From contig OX597828.1 in the NCBI GenBank assembly GCA_951406725.2, positions 26,908,001-26,972,000 of the forward strand: a stretch of DNA of 64,000 nt, read 5' to 3'. This stretch comes from Octopus vulgaris (lineage: Eukaryota). The position numbers and the translations under genes are program-made. Position 1 is the stretch's first letter. Every line of letters begins with the position of its first letter. Under the pieces are notes generated by a model that saw nothing but the letters and a program-made list of their open reading frames with translations, made no database searches and was not told where the DNA came from. Shown piece by piece: positions 37,584-51,611 of this stretch.

Positions 37584-39524
37584 CAGGATGTGACTTGAGT
37601 AAGAATTGGCTGTTATTTCTAATTTGTTGTTGTTGGTGGTGTTTGTGACAGCGATGTTGTTAATGCTGTCTGATGGTGGTGCTGATGGTGGCAGTGATGA
37701 TCATGGTGTTGGTATTGGCTGTTATGTTGGTGGTGATGCTGATGCTGATATTTATAACGCTGCTTGTGGTGGTGGTGGTGGTGGTGGTGATGGTGATGGT
37801 TATAGTGTGTGTATGTGGTGGGTGTTTGGCAGGGAGTGTGGCTGATGTTGATGTCATTGATGATGTCTTCCTTTTCAGAGTTTGATTGGAAATTTGGTGA
37901 GGATAATGCCAGGAAAAGTGCCAATCAAAGATGGCAGTAGTGAGGGCGGTGTTGGTGGTGGTGGTGGGGGGTTGCCTTGCTGACATATAATCTGCTGCTG
38001 TTGGTGCTGCTGGTGTTGTCGTCATTATGAGGATGACAGAGAAAGGGAGGTGGTTAAGGTGGTTGGGTGTGCGTTAGAAATTATGAATCCTTTTCTCTCA
38101 TCATGACCACCACTACCAACAAACAACAACACTGCCACCAACGCCGTCACTATCGATACCACCACCAACACCATTATCATGAGCACAACACTACCTCCAA
38201 TCCACCACCACCACCACCACAACCTATTCTTATCAATAATAGCGGATAATGTATTATATTAACTACCAGAAAGAGTTAGCAGATGGATTGGGGGGTAGGG
38301 GCGATGGTGGTGGTGGGGGGGGGCGATTGCAAGGGTTTTGTGTGTGTGTGTGTGTTTCAAGTATCTGGTGTGTTGTCATTTCTGGGGCTTGTTGTCCATC
38401 AGTTGTGCTATGCTCCTACTGCCGACACACTGTCATCTCTGTCACTGCTGCCTGCCTGCTGTGTGCATGCATGCATCCACCCCACCCCCTTGTTTTTTAA
38501 AAATTTTATTTTGGTGTATTATTTATCTATTTATTTCTTATTTTATTTCATTTCATTTTGAGTTCAGCCAAGGAGGCACTGATGTCTGCATAAACGCACC
38601 AAAGACAGAAGCACAGACCCCCCCCACACACACGCATACACACATGCACGCAAGCATTTTTAATTATATAACAATCTCTTCACCCAGTATTAAATAACTG
38701 AAATAAATACATAAATATCTTCTTTTTTTAAAAAAATGGGGAAAAAAAGGGCCTTGTTCGTACAATTTACTGTCCCCATTCTAACAAAATAATAAAACAT
38801 TTCAACATCAATCCCCACTCTGCCCCCACATCCTCTCCTTTGACAGCACAACCAGCACCACCACCACTTGTCAGGGGCCATTGAACTTGATAGAAATAGC
38901 AGTTAATTTGTCCCTTAAATCACGAACGTCTTGAAAAAAAATATTACGGTGTGTCAGATAATGTTGTCCATGTTTCCATTGTATTTGAGAAAAAAATGTG
39001 AGATGGTCATGGCTGGAAAGCCTCTGATCATAGCAGTGCATCATCATCATCATCACTATCATCATCACCATTGTCATCACTATCATCATTATTGTCATAT
39101 CGTCAGCTGTTTGCTTCTCCCCCACCCCCACCCACACCATCTTCCGGATGGTCGAACCACCCACATCACAGCCACCCATTCAGTCCCTACCCCAATACTT
39201 CAACCCATCCAATGACATAAAATTCTTATGTTTTTCACTTCTGAGACCATAAAGTTAATTATAAAGGCTTTAAGGGGTTTTTTTGTTTTTTTTTTCTTTC
39301 TTTCTTTTTTTTTTGGTTGCTTTATTGTTTTTGTTTATTTCTGTGCACAGGGTGGAGGAATAATTCTAGTCCCAAGAATGCTTAACATGCATGTTCTACA
39401 ACTGTTTGATGTGGGTTTGCAGGGTTTATATTTTTATAGTTAATATAGCTAAATAAAATGTGTGTGTGTATAGATAGATAGGCATGTGGAATAGATAGCT
39501 ACAATGAGAGATACATGTGTATAT

Positions 39525-39527
39525 TTC

Positions 39528-39588
<61 letters not shown>

Positions 39589-39631
39589 ATGTGTGTGTAT
39601 ATATTTGTATGTATGTATGTATGTATGTATA

Positions 39632-39676
<45 letters not shown>

Positions 39677-39693
39677 GTATATATATGTATGTG

Positions 39694-39724
<31 letters not shown>

Positions 39725-40107
39725 ATATATATGTATGTGTGTATGTATATAATGTGTATGTGTGTATATGTGTATGTGTGTGTGTGTGTATATATATATA
39801 TGTATGTATGTATTTGTGTGCATATATATATATTTATATGTGTGTATATATATGTATGTGTATATATATATATATATATTTATATATGTATGTGTGTATG
39901 TATATATATATGCATGTATGTATGTATATATATATATATAATGTGTGTGTGTGTATGTGTGTGTGTACATATATGTATGTGTGTGTGTACATGTATGTAT
40001 GTGTACATATATGTATGTATGTGTGTGTGTACATATACGTATGTATATGTGTATATGTATATATATGTGTGTGTATAAATATGTATGTGTATGTATGTAT
40101 GTATGTA

Positions 40108-40139
<32 letters not shown>

Positions 40140-40140
40140 A
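39525..40140. repeat. Compound (TA)/(TG)/(TATG)n microsatellite
   Basis: Seen directly; generates the overlapping long pseudo-ORFs in the track. Confidence 0.95.
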
Positions 40141-40943
40141 GTAGACAGAGAGGAGGAGGGAGAGAGGTGGGGGTGCAAAGTGACTGTAAATCATGGTGAA
40201 ACAATGTTTGAAATGAAATCTCTAATCTTAGATTCTTAGAGATTTTGAAACTATTTCGTCAAAGTAGGTGTAAACTATTATTATTGGTAATTCTCAAAGA
40301 ACAGAAATATAGAAATATCGGATTCCACCACTAATAATCACATTTAAAATTTATTGGCTCAGTTGGAAATATTTTAGTCTTCGATTTTCGGGGGTTGTTT
40401 TTTTTTTTCTTCTTCATCTTTTTTGTTGTTGCTGTTCTTGTTATTGTTGTTTTTTTTTTTTCAGATTAAGGGTAGCAATATTAGTAATAATGATAATAAT
40501 ACTTAATAATGATAAACAGCAACACGAACAATATTGATGATAACAGTAAAGAAAAATAACTACAAAATTATAAACCTAGCAAACCCACATCAAAAAAAAA
40601 TTGTAGAACATCAACATTCGATATTCTTGCTTTTTGGAATCATCCCTCAACTTAGTCTATGCAATTAAATAAACAAAGTGTAATGAAAAAAAAAAAGACA
40701 ATGGAAATAAGGAACAAGAAAAAGAATGTTAGTAATTAATTCTCAGACTCAGAAACAAATTCACAGGAATGGGTGGAGGTGTGGGTGTGGGTAGTGGCAG
40801 GTTGGTGGATGTGTTGTGGGTGGTAGGTCATCCAGGAAACATGTGAGTGGAATGACATCCTAGCACTGACACAGCATAACCACGTACACAGTAATTCACT
40901 CACACTCTTGTCATGCATAGATACTCTCTCTCTCTCTCTCTCT

Positions 40944-41163
40944 CTCTTTTACTCTTTTACTTGCTTCAGTCATTTGACTGTGGCCATGCTGGAACACCAC
41001 CTTTAGTCGAGCAAATCGATCCCGGGACTTATTCTATGTAAGCCCAGTACTTATTCTATCGGTCTCTTTTTGCCGAACCGCTAAGTGACGGGGACGTAAA
41101 CACACCAGCATCGGTTGTCAAGTGATGGTGGGGGGGGGGACAAGCACAGACACACAAACATTT

Positions 41164-41194
<31 letters not shown>

Positions 41195-41368
41195 CACATA
41201 TATATGACAGGCTTCTTTCAGTTTCCGTCTACCAAATCCACTTACAAGGCATTGGTCGGCCCGAGGCTATAGCAGAAGACACTTGCCCAAGATGCCACGC
41301 AGTGGGACTGAACCCGGAACCATGTGGTTGGTAAGCAAGCTACTTACCACACAGCCACTCCTGCGCCT
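40944..41368 (-). mobile_element. SINE family A
   Basis: Full-length. Confidence 0.92.
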
Positions 41369-41455
41369 ATACTCCTGCGTTTATGTACATATATAAACAC
41401 ACACACATATATATATACATATGTATGTACACACATATTTATACACATATATCTG

Positions 41456-41686
41456 TTTCTTTATTGCCCACAAGGGGCTAAACATAGAAGGGACAAACAA
41501 GGACAGACAAATGGATTAAGTCGATTACATCGACCCCAGTGCGTAACTGGTACTTAATTTATCGACCCCGAAAGGATGAAAGGCAAAGTCGACCTCGGCG
41601 GAATTTGAACTCAGAACGCAACGACAGACTCAATACCGCTAAGCATTTCGCCCGGTGTGCTAACGTTTCTGCCAGCTCGCCGCCTT
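41456..41686 (-). mobile_element. tRNA-derived SINE family C (Nin-domain-like core)
   Basis: Head aaggcggcgagctggcagaa...gagttcaaattcc; core gcctttcatcctttcggggtcgataaattaagtaccag. Confidence 0.85.
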
Positions 41687-42255
41687 ATACACATATATCT
41701 ACACATATATCTACACACACATGCATACACACACACACGCAAATTTGTACTTGCATGTACACATTTTAGAGTTCCTTCATTCACATCCAGAATCATTATA
41801 TAATGGCAATATTGTTTGAGCATCGAGAAAATAATTGCTTTTTAGTAATTTTGTTTTAACTGTTTATTCTGAGTTCAAATCCTGACCACATCAGCTTTTC
41901 CTTTCACCCTTTCAATTTTGGAAAAAGTGATGTGCTTAATTTGTTTTCAATTCACTGACCTTGTCCCTAAATTCCCAAAAAGTTATTATTTAGATTTCTA
42001 TCTGTATTGCAAACTGAAAGTCAGATTGTTGCAATAGTGTTCTTGAGAAAGATTCCTTTTATTGATGTGCTGCATTAAAAATAGAATATACTTACTCAGA
42101 GCTGGATGAAATGGTCCAGGAAAGCCGCTGTGAGAGTGGTAGATATGCATTTTTGCTTTGGCCAGTCTGAAGGATATAGAATCAATAAATAAACAATTTT
42201 CTGGATTTGCAGAGAGGCTGCTACACTGAACAAATTCAAATTCTTCAATAGAAGT

Positions 42256-42554
42256 TTGTTCCTTCTTGAGCCATGCCTGGCTCATAAGGGCCAGTTTCCC
42301 AGGTTCTTGGCGTATAGGTTCCCCACCTGGACGGGACGCTGGTCCGTCACAGGTGAGCTGCAAGATGCAGGAGGAAAGAGTAAGAGAAAGTTGTAGCGAA
42401 AGAGTTGGTAGAAGTTTGCCATTACGTTCTGCCGGAGCCGCGTGGAGCTTAAGTGTTTTCGCTCCTAAACACACGCATCGCCCGGTCTGAGATTCGAACC
42501 TGCGATCCCTCAACTACAAGTCCGCTGCTCTAACCACTAGGCCATGTGCCTCTA
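42256..42554 (-). mobile_element. tRNA-derived SINE, family D (tail variant 3), 13-bp TSD
   Basis: Head and body as 13760-14098; flanks cttcaatagaagt / cttcaatacaagt. Confidence 0.88.
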
Positions 42555-42784
42555 CTTCAATACAAGTAGTTCCTAATTATAATCTTTACCTGGGCTGCTT
42601 TGGTCATCTCAGGAATAATTCTGTTTTGAAAATACTTCGGAGTTAGTTAAAATGAAATCATCTCAGAAGCTACTGCACAGATGAGAGGTGCACATTTCAT
42701 CATTTTTACAGCTTGTCAGTGCCACACGCTCAGGTTACTTCTGACATGAAGTTTTCTTAATCAATCTGTTTAGTCACTATTTCG

Positions 42785-43189
42785 TACTCTTTACTCTTTT
42801 ACTTGTTTCAGTCATTTGACTGCGGCCATGCTGGAGCACCGCCTTTTTTTAGTCGAGCAAATCAACCCCAGGACTTATTCTTTGTAAGCCCAGTACTTAT
42901 TCTATCGGACTCTTTTGCCGAACCACTAAGTGACGGGGACGTAAATACACCAGCATCGGTTGTCAAGCAATGCTAGGGGGACAAACACAGACACACAAAC
43001 ACACATACATACATATACACATATACGACAGGCTTCTTTCAGTTTCCGTCTACCAAATCCACTCACAAGGCATTGGTCGGCCTGGGGCTATAGCAGAAGA
43101 CACTTACCCAAGGTGCCATACAGTGGGACTGAACCCGGAACCATGTGGTTGGTTAGCAAGCTACTTACCACACAGCCACTCCTGCGCCT
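42785..43189 (-). mobile_element. SINE family A
   Basis: Full-length. Confidence 0.92.
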
Positions 43190-44539
43190 ATACTTCGGCT
43201 CTTTTTTTTTTTCTTTTAAGGTGTGACCAAAGGAAATGTTGGGTCCAACTGGTGTCAACCATGCAAACCCATGACATAGCTAAGTCTCTCTGATCTGAAA
43301 CGTGAAGATGGTTCCAGGTCTTATTGATAGAATGCAATCCTTTATTTAAATGACAAAGGGTCCATCAAATTTATGCTAGCAGGCTGATGTGAGATTAATA
43401 TTCTTCTGAATAGCGCTCAAGTTTGTCTTGGATAACTTACCGAAGTGGATAGGCACATGGTACTTTCTTCACTGTACCTTGTCATACATCTTGTGTTTGA
43501 ATCTTCTTCATTCCATTTAAATTTCCAGTGTCTTTAGGGGAGAAAAGCATTAACATAGCAAAATTCTAGATCTTTGTTTTCTATGAATTTGTACCTTTGT
43601 GAATTTGCCAAAAAAAAAAAAAAAAAAATCAGGTATCGGAATGATTCCGGAATCTTGTTTCTGCGAATAACACTGAAGATTTTCACAGCTGAAATAACAA
43701 TAACTAAGAGAGAGGGAGAGAGATTGCTTATTCTTTTGTGAATTACAGAGATCCATTCTGAGAATGCATGGCTTAATTCTAGTTTCGACACTATTAAAAA
43801 GACAAGGAATACAACTCCCTCTTTCTCTCTCTGCCCCTCACCCTAATATCTCTCCTCTCTGTCCCCTTTTCTATTTCCCTCATCCCCTTCTCTGGATAAG
43901 ACACTGAATTATCACCTGGCACATAGCAATGTTACTCAGTTCCAACTGCTTGGTGAGTCTAAGGTAATGTAAAATTAAGTGACCTGTCCAGAAAAAAATA
44001 AACGAAGTATACAATTTGTCATGGTAACCCCATTGTTACTCTCCTTAATAGAAATAACATCCATAATTCCCCCCTCAAACTACACTTCCATATTAATAAG
44101 AAACAGAGTGCTGAGAAAGAAAAGAACAGTGCAGAGGGGGTGAGAGAGAGGCGGGGAGCCGAGTGAACTGGAGCTGTGTGAAATAAAGAGACTTGCTTAA
44201 GGACACAATGAGCAGCCAGGAATTCAACTTAGATTTGTACAACTGTGAGCTGAATACCCAAAGTCATGTGCCCTCAGTATGTGTGTGTGTGTGTGTGTGT
44301 GTGTGCACAGCATGCATATGTATACATGCACACACTCACACAAGTGGCTGTGGCTGAGCTGGGGCTGTAGCAGAAGACACCTGCCCAAGGTTCCACATAG
44401 TGGGACTGAACCCAGAACCATGTGGTTGGGAGGCAAGCCAGAAAGCCATGCCTGTGCCTTTTACCAATTAAGGATCTGGGATCAAATTAGAAATCATTCC
44501 CCCCTTTTTTTTTTTTAAACAACATATTGTTTACTTTTG

Positions 44540-45210
44540 GGTGCAAGCATGGCTGTGTGGTTTAGCAGCTCACTTTACAGCCCTGTTGTTTTGGGTTCAG
44601 TCCCACTGCATGCCACCTTGGAAGGGTGTCTTCTACCATAACTTTGGACCAACAAATGGCTTGTGTGTGAATTTGTTAGATGGAAACTGTGTGGATGCTC
44701 CTCACACACACACACACATCATCACATCATCATCGTTTAACGTCTGCTTTCCATGTTAGCATGGGTTGGACAGTTTGACTGGGGTCTGGGAAGCCAGGAG
44801 GCTGCACCAGGCCTAGTCTGATCTGGCAGTGTTTCTACAGCTGGATGCCCTTCCTAATGCTAACCACTCCGTGAGTGTAGTGAGTGCTTTTTACGTCCCA
44901 GGCGAGGCTGGCAACGGCCATGATCGGTTGGTGCTTTTTACATGCCACCGGTACTCACACGCACATGAAACAATGCTTCGTGAAAATTATACTTTGTAGC
45001 TATATATGTTTGCTTCTGTGTTTTTGTTTTTCCCTCTCACCAACACTTGAGAACCAGTGTTGGTTTGTTAACCTCCCTGTAACTTACGAGATTGGCAAAA
45101 GAGACCAATAAAATTAGTACCAAATAATAAGCAACAGGATCAATTTATTCAATGAAATTAAAACCCCTTCTGTGTGGTGTCCCAGCACGGCTGCATTCCA
45201 ATGACTTTTG
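44540..45210 (+). mobile_element. Old family A SINE interrupted by a family B copy (44718-44952, -)
   Basis: Head at 44540-44700 and 3' half at ~45030-45210 flank the younger insert. Confidence 0.7.
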
Positions 45211-45233
45211 AACCACACATCCCACACAAATCA

Positions 45234-45299
45234 TGCTCATCTCCTAATCTGCTCATCTCCTAATCTGTTCATCTCTTAATCTGCTCATCTCCTAATCTG
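45234..45299. repeat. 16-bp minisatellite (tgctcatctcctaatc) x4
   Basis: Seen directly. Confidence 0.9.
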
Positions 45300-45489
45300 A
45301 TTCTATCTGACCAGTGAGACCTAACCTCACTCAACCATGCAATGACAATAAATACACCTTATGTCAAAACTTTAAACACTTCAACATTCAGAAATTTGCA
45401 TATAGACAACCAGGCATGGCCTACGAATTCCATTAAATTTATGTCCAAGTGGCCGAGTATTCCAGTGATACGTGTCTCTGTACAGAATA

Positions 45490-45850
45490 AATTATTCAAA
45501 GAAGAACATTTGTAAGAATGAAGAAGATCTTCACCTCAAAAGCCATGGCGCTACGTCTAACATTGAGGCTTGTAAAATGTTATACAATGATAGTTGTCCT
45601 CTTGGAGGCAAGACCACGGACAATGTATGGAGCAATAGAGAAGAAGTGTGGATGCCATGAGTCATGAGAGGAAATACGTAGGGAAGGAGAGCAGAGAAGC
45701 TGTCAAAGATATTTGTGAACTGATGACTTTAAAGAAAGGACTAGAAACAAGAACCTGATTGGTTGTATGAATGCAGCACAACGCAGAGGAAACTGAAGGA
45801 TTTTGACAAGCTGACCCCTGGACACAGGTAGGGTATCAGGCTGACGGCTG
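45490..45850 (+). mobile_element. RTE-clade LINE 3' fragment (ORF C-terminus), decayed
   Basis: RTFVRMKKIFTSKAMALRLTLRLVKCYTMIVVLLEARPRT...EKK and CMNAAQRRGN*RILT resemble the RTE K.RL.K.YV.SVLLYG.ETWT and A.DR..WR motifs. Confidence 0.75.
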
Positions 45851-46661
45851 ATGTGACAGCTGTAATTCTTTGATGGGCTTCGGAACAGTTTTTGTCTCTC
45901 TAATTTTACTTCTCCATGCCTGGGTCAGCCAAGACTATGATAAGACATTTTCCCAAGATGCCATGCAGTGGGGTTGAACCTGGGGCCTCATGATTGTGAA
46001 ACATACTTCTTAACAACTCATCTCTGTTTATAAACATCCGTACATGTTTGTTTTGATATGTGGTTGGCTTGAGTTTTTTTTTTTATGTCAGTGAAGGAAC
46101 TCAGAAATCTGTACATGAATGTGTGTGTCTGTGCGCGCGCATGTACATACAATGTGTAAATGCGAATGTGTGTGCATATGTTTGGGATACGTGTGAGTGA
46201 GTGTGTCGGTGGCTGACTGAGGTGCGCGAATGCTAGGATGGAACCGACCTTGAATCACCTCTCTGACAACTTGCTCAGCGCCCAACACTCTCTTCAGACA
46301 ATAGCAGGTTTGGTGCCAAAGTCAGTGAGGGGGTAATCTAGCACGGCTGGTGTGATATTCTGGTAAAGAGCGAAAGAAGAGAAAGACAGGGAGGGTGGTG
46401 GTGGTGAGGAAAGGTGAGATGAAAGAAGATGTGCTGCTGGTGACGTAGTGGCAGTGACAATGGGTTGGAAAGAGGAAAAAAGGCAAGTCTGTGCAATAAA
46501 GCAAAGTCATATGAAATTATTGATTTAATATTTTGGTTTTTCTCTCTTCTCTAACCCACTCCCTGTTTCTCTTTCATCTTCTTCTTCTTGCTCTTCTTTT
46601 TTTCTTCTATATGATCTCTATTGTTCCAATTTATTTACTTTTATTCTTGTCTTCCTCTGTA

Positions 46662-46706
<45 letters not shown>

Positions 46707-46708
46707 CT

Positions 46709-46747
<39 letters not shown>

Positions 46748-46907
46748 CACCTACACACACATATATATATATAAATATGTGGTGATGGGGTTGTTTCTCA
46801 TGTAATTTTCGTTAGTTTTTTTTTTTTTTAATTTTGCTGTTTTATTTAGGATTTCATTTTCCTAAATTCTATTTATTGTTTTGTATTTTTACTTATTATC
46901 ATTACCT

Positions 46908-46944
<37 letters not shown>

Positions 46945-47148
46945 CGTCATCATCATCACCGTCATCATTATCATCATCATCATCGTCATCATATTTATTT
47001 ATTTATTTATTTATTTTCTCTCACTCCTCCTACCAAAAGACTAAACAGGTGAGAATCCAAGTTCTATATAATCATATTTGCTGGTAATTTCTTGCCAGAT
47101 GTTTTAGAAATGCTCAGCAAAAGATGATTGTTTTGTTGGTTTTTATTA

Positions 47149-47188
<40 letters not shown>

Positions 47189-48127
47189 CATTATTTCTTC
47201 TTCCATAATTATCACTTTGGAGAGATTTAATTAATAATTCCCCGACTTATTCAAAAAGCTGGAATTCATGGTTTTATTAATTGAATAATTTTTGCTATAA
47301 GAATGTTATTTCATTCTACTTATTTATTTATTTATTTTTTACTTTTTGGTTAGGGGTTTTGTCACCACCCCACTTTTTTTTTTTTTTTTAGATGTCAGTG
47401 AACTAAAAGAGTAATAGGAAGAGTAAGGAAACAAAAGTTGAGAGTTAATTTTTTGGGGGTTTTTTTCTTCTTTTTCATGTGTGCGAGTGTTTTCTTTCTT
47501 ATTTTTGTGTGTTTGTTTTATTATTTTTTTTTGTGTGTGTGTGTGTGTTTTTTATTCTTTGGTCATCTTTTGCACACCATGGAAATCACCCATCCAAAGT
47601 CTTGGAGGTATTGTACAAGCAGATTAAGATCTTCCCTCCGTGGTGCGATAGATATATGTGTGATGATAATCTTGTTAGGTTAATTGAAGCTGAGAAAACA
47701 GGGGGAGAGAGAGAGAGAGAGAGAGAGGGATGGTGGCAAGAGGTGGAAACTTCCGAAGAGGAGGGGTAGGAGGAGGAAAAGGAAGAGGAGGGAGAGGCGG
47801 AAACAGAAGAAAATGTAGTTAAGTCGGTTTGCGTCAGACACATTCATGCAAGCTTAACGTACTCATAGGCACACTTTTGTTTGCCCCGGTCATATGCAGA
47901 CACTTGAATATGAAGAAGTACTTTCTCATGCACACACACACACACATACACACATGCACACACACACACCTATTTCTTCTCATCAGCTTCAAATATTTAC
48001 ATAGTTTAATCGAAATGAAACTATTTGTCCCCCTCTGCAAAGTTATATAAACAGACCACACGGCAGAAGAAAGAAGCATGCAGATGTGTGTGTGTGTATG
48101 GGTGCTTGAATATATATATATATATAC

Positions 48128-48169
<42 letters not shown>

Positions 48170-48389
48170 TTATATGTGTATGTGTGTGTGTGTATTTATG
48201 TGTGTGTATTTATGTGTGCGTGTGTGTGTGTATTTATGTGTGTGTGTGTGTATTTCTATGTGTGTGTGTGTGTGTATTTATGTATATGTGTGTGTGTTTA
48301 TGTATACATATATATCTATGTATACCTATATATTTATATGTATCTACGCATCTGTGATTGCATATATGCACGCATGTATGTCATGTAAG

Positions 48390-48486
<97 letters not shown>

Positions 48487-48667
48487 TCATACACGTGTAT
48501 GCTCTCTCATGATATAGCATCCCCTTCACCTCCCCTGTTTTCTGAACCCTGACCATATCTATCCCTCTGTCCACTGAACCCTAGCATTACTCTACACCAC
48601 ATTGTTCATCCATCCCCTTCACACCCCATAACACCTTGTATAACATATCGTGTGTGTATGTGTGCAT

Positions 48668-48965
48668 GAGAAAACAGTCAGTCCGATTGCTAGAAGAGCT
48701 TGCTTGTGAAATTGACATGCAAGTGGCTGAGTACTCCACAGACATGCGTACCCTCAACATAGTTCTCAGGGAGATTGTGTGTGACGCAAAATATGACAAG
48801 GCTGGCCCTTTTCAATTACAAGAGCAGCTCATCTTTGCTGGTGGATTAGATCGAAGCATTGTGTAATGAAGGGCCTTGCTCAAAGGCACAATGTCCTACT
48901 GGATATTGAACTCACAACCATACAGTTGGGAACCAAAGACACCAACTACAAAGACCTATGCATTC
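48668..48965 (-). mobile_element. Diverged family D-related SINE
   Basis: gcttgtgaaattgacatgcaagtggctgagtactccacagacatgcgtaccc matches 14605-14660. Confidence 0.7.
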
Positions 48966-49657
48966 AGCTTGCCTTAGCAAAATACCCTGTTGGTACGCAC
49001 CATCTTTATACCTTCATCCGTCACTGCTCTTTCCTCTACCAGGCCCTTCCCTGCTCCCTGTTTCGTGTGCCTTGCCCCCTTCCACATCCTTCTCCTCTAA
49101 CATTTCATGACCTTACTGTACGTCACATACAAACACATACATATATATATACACGCATCTATAATATTCACCCCTAAATGCACACTGAATCCTAATGATG
49201 TGACGTACACCTTACACTTCTGTCGCCGTCCCACCCCCTTTACATGTATTGCACTGCAGCCATGCTGGAGCACTATTGTCAAGGATTCCATTGAAGGAAT
49301 CGACCCGAGTATTTATTCTTTCTGGTACTTGTTCTATTAGTCTCTTTAGTTGAACTGCTAAGTTACGTTACAAGGATGTAAACAAACCAACAACAGTTGT
49401 GAAGTGGAAATGGGACGCAACTGCACACATATGTGTGTGTGTGTGTGTGTGAATATTATTATTAAAAAAGCAATTTGATTCAGCCCTGTGCAACTAACGG
49501 TTTCTCCAAGTAACATGGCAAACTTTAAGTCGCATGGAGCCAAATCAAATTGTTTTAAATAATATATGTAACTCTCAGTAAATATGTTGAGAACCTTTTT
49601 TGTTTCATTTCTGCTCTCACCCATGCCCAAAGCTTCAAAGTCACTGTCAATAATGTT

Positions 49658-49885
49658 CTTACTCTTTTACTTGTTTCAGTCATTTGACTGTGGCCATGCT
49701 GGAGCACCACCTTTTAGTCGAGTAAATCGCCCCCAGGACTTACTCTTTTGTAAGCCTAGTACTTATTCTATCGGTCTCTCTTGCCGAACCGCTAAGATAC
49801 GGGGACGTAAACACACCAGCATTGGTTGTCAAGCGATGTTGGGGGACAAACACAGACACACAAACACATACATATATATACATAT
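49658..49885 (-). mobile_element. SINE family A, 3' half
   Basis: High identity to the other copies. Confidence 0.88.
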
Positions 49886-50153
49886 ATTTTTAACACATGA
49901 AAGGAAAATTGTGTCTGTATACAGCAAGTTTCCCCATAGTTTCCCCTCTAACCAATTGTCTCACAAAGCATTGGTTGGTTAAGGACTATAGAAAAAAGAC
50001 ACTTGCCCAATCTGCAGCAAAGTAGAATGGAACTTGAAACCATCTGGTTGCAAAGTGAGCTTCTTAACCACACAGCCATATCTGCACATACGCACAAACA
50101 CACACACATAGGCACACACATGTATATATATATACATACATATATATATATAT

Positions 50154-50216
<63 letters not shown>

Positions 50217-50400
50217 ATGCCAGTGCCCCCTGATTGGCACCCATGCCAGTGGCACATAAAAAGCACCCACTACATTCTTAGAATGGTCGTCATCGGAAGA
50301 GCATCCAGCTGTATACACACTGCCAGATCAGACTGGCTTGTCAAACCTCAATCAAACCGTCCAACCCATGCTAGCATGGAAAGCAGACATTAAACAATGA
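50217..50400 (+). mobile_element. SINE-like family B
   Basis: gtggcacataaaaagcacccactac...ccatgctagcatggaaagcagac. Confidence 0.8.
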
Positions 50401-50408
50401 TTATATAT

Positions 50409-50836
50409 GGATCTTTTTGGTTTGAACCGCAGTTTGTTTCTAGCGGTGTCATATGAAATTGTCACCCATAATTATGACCCTAGAATCGATCTGTTGCATT
50501 TCAATCTATTTCAGGGTTAGGGTTAGTTTGGGTTAGGGGTGGGGGAAGGGTATCTTTTTTTCTTCAGAAATGTAAATAAACCCAATCTGTTTCTTAAACG
50601 AGGGACATATTCATACGGCACAGAATGCTTTTTAACTCAATAGACGTCACTGATTGGTTGAAATTGCAGAAATTGAAGAAAAAATCCCAACAAATATCTT
50701 ACAAACTATAGAATTTTCTCAATAAAGCCAAGAGAAAAAGCTGTTTTATAAACACATTCTACGAGTATACGAAGTTTAAAATTTTTTAGTTACCTAGAAA
50801 TTATGTTAAAAACTGCCGTTCAAACCGAAAAGATCC
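50409..50836 (+). mobile_element. Merlin-like MITE, third copy
   Basis: Same TIRs; identical 8-bp flanks ttatatat/ttatatat. Confidence 0.85.
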
Positions 50837-51351
50837 TTATATATATATATCTGCTATTTTTCTATAAGTCGATATATTCCCTGGAGGCTACCCTAGGTCA
50901 GGGTAGGAGGCTTTAGAATGTGTGAAATTCTCCTTGACTTTCCAGCTTTTCTAATAATTACGATATGGAATAACCAAATCCAGTATTTAAAAAAAGAAAG
51001 TGAGGTACGGGGTGGGTGGGGTGGATTGTGCACTATTCATGTCCCACCCTAGTTATTTTGTTTTTTACTCTGTTCCTTTAGTTCATTGTCCACTTTGTTT
51101 TCTTTCTTCTGATAACATTGATAATAGCATCAATACCATTTTCATTACTGCCTTTATTCACTTCTCAGCAGCCCTCTCTTTTGCTACCTCTCTTCACTTT
51201 ACTCCTCTCTGCTCTCTCTCTCTCTCTCTCTCCCCTCCTTTCCTCCCTCCACTTCTAATTCTTTCTATTTTTCATTCTTACTCTTACACAGGTATTCAAA
51301 TTCACACATGCTCCTCCTCTCCTTTATTCTTCTCTCTCTCTCTCTCTCTCT

Positions 51352-51391
<40 letters not shown>

Positions 51392-51611
51392 GCATATAGT
51401 TTACTGCTTTTATTTGATCCCCAGCACCACTTTACAACCAGTGCTGGTTTGTTTACATCCTTGTAACTTAGAGGTTTGGGGAAAGAGATTTGATAGAATA
51501 CATATCAGGCCTTAAAAACAAGTGCTGGTGTGGGGGCCAATTCATCTGCCTAAGCACCATTCGCGCCGGTGTTTCAGCATGGCTGTGGTCCAGGGACTAA
51601 AGCAAGTGAAA

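Larger units (their letters stand above)
42096..43688 (-). other. Candidate short exons of a spliced transcript (43595-43688, 43441-43531, 42590-42620, 42096-42166)
   Basis: Each is bounded on minus by an AG acceptor and a GT donor (gtacaa, gtaagt, gtaaag, gtaagt); no recognisable protein. Confidence 0.3.

Noticed and set aside
37881-37929. Pre-miRNA-like hairpin (tttgattgg/ccaatcaaa)
   Set aside because: Only 9 contiguous pairs followed by a large asymmetric bulge; no match to conserved miRNAs I recall.
39504-40204. Long overlapping ORFs up to 207 aa, and similar YI/CV/HT-rich ORFs throughout
   Set aside because: Translations of stop-poor dinucleotide repeats.
42672-42765. Intronic C/D box snoRNA on minus (ATGATGA...CTGA)
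   Set aside because: Boxes only ~30 nt apart, no terminal stem, and no rRNA/snRNA complement that I can recognise.
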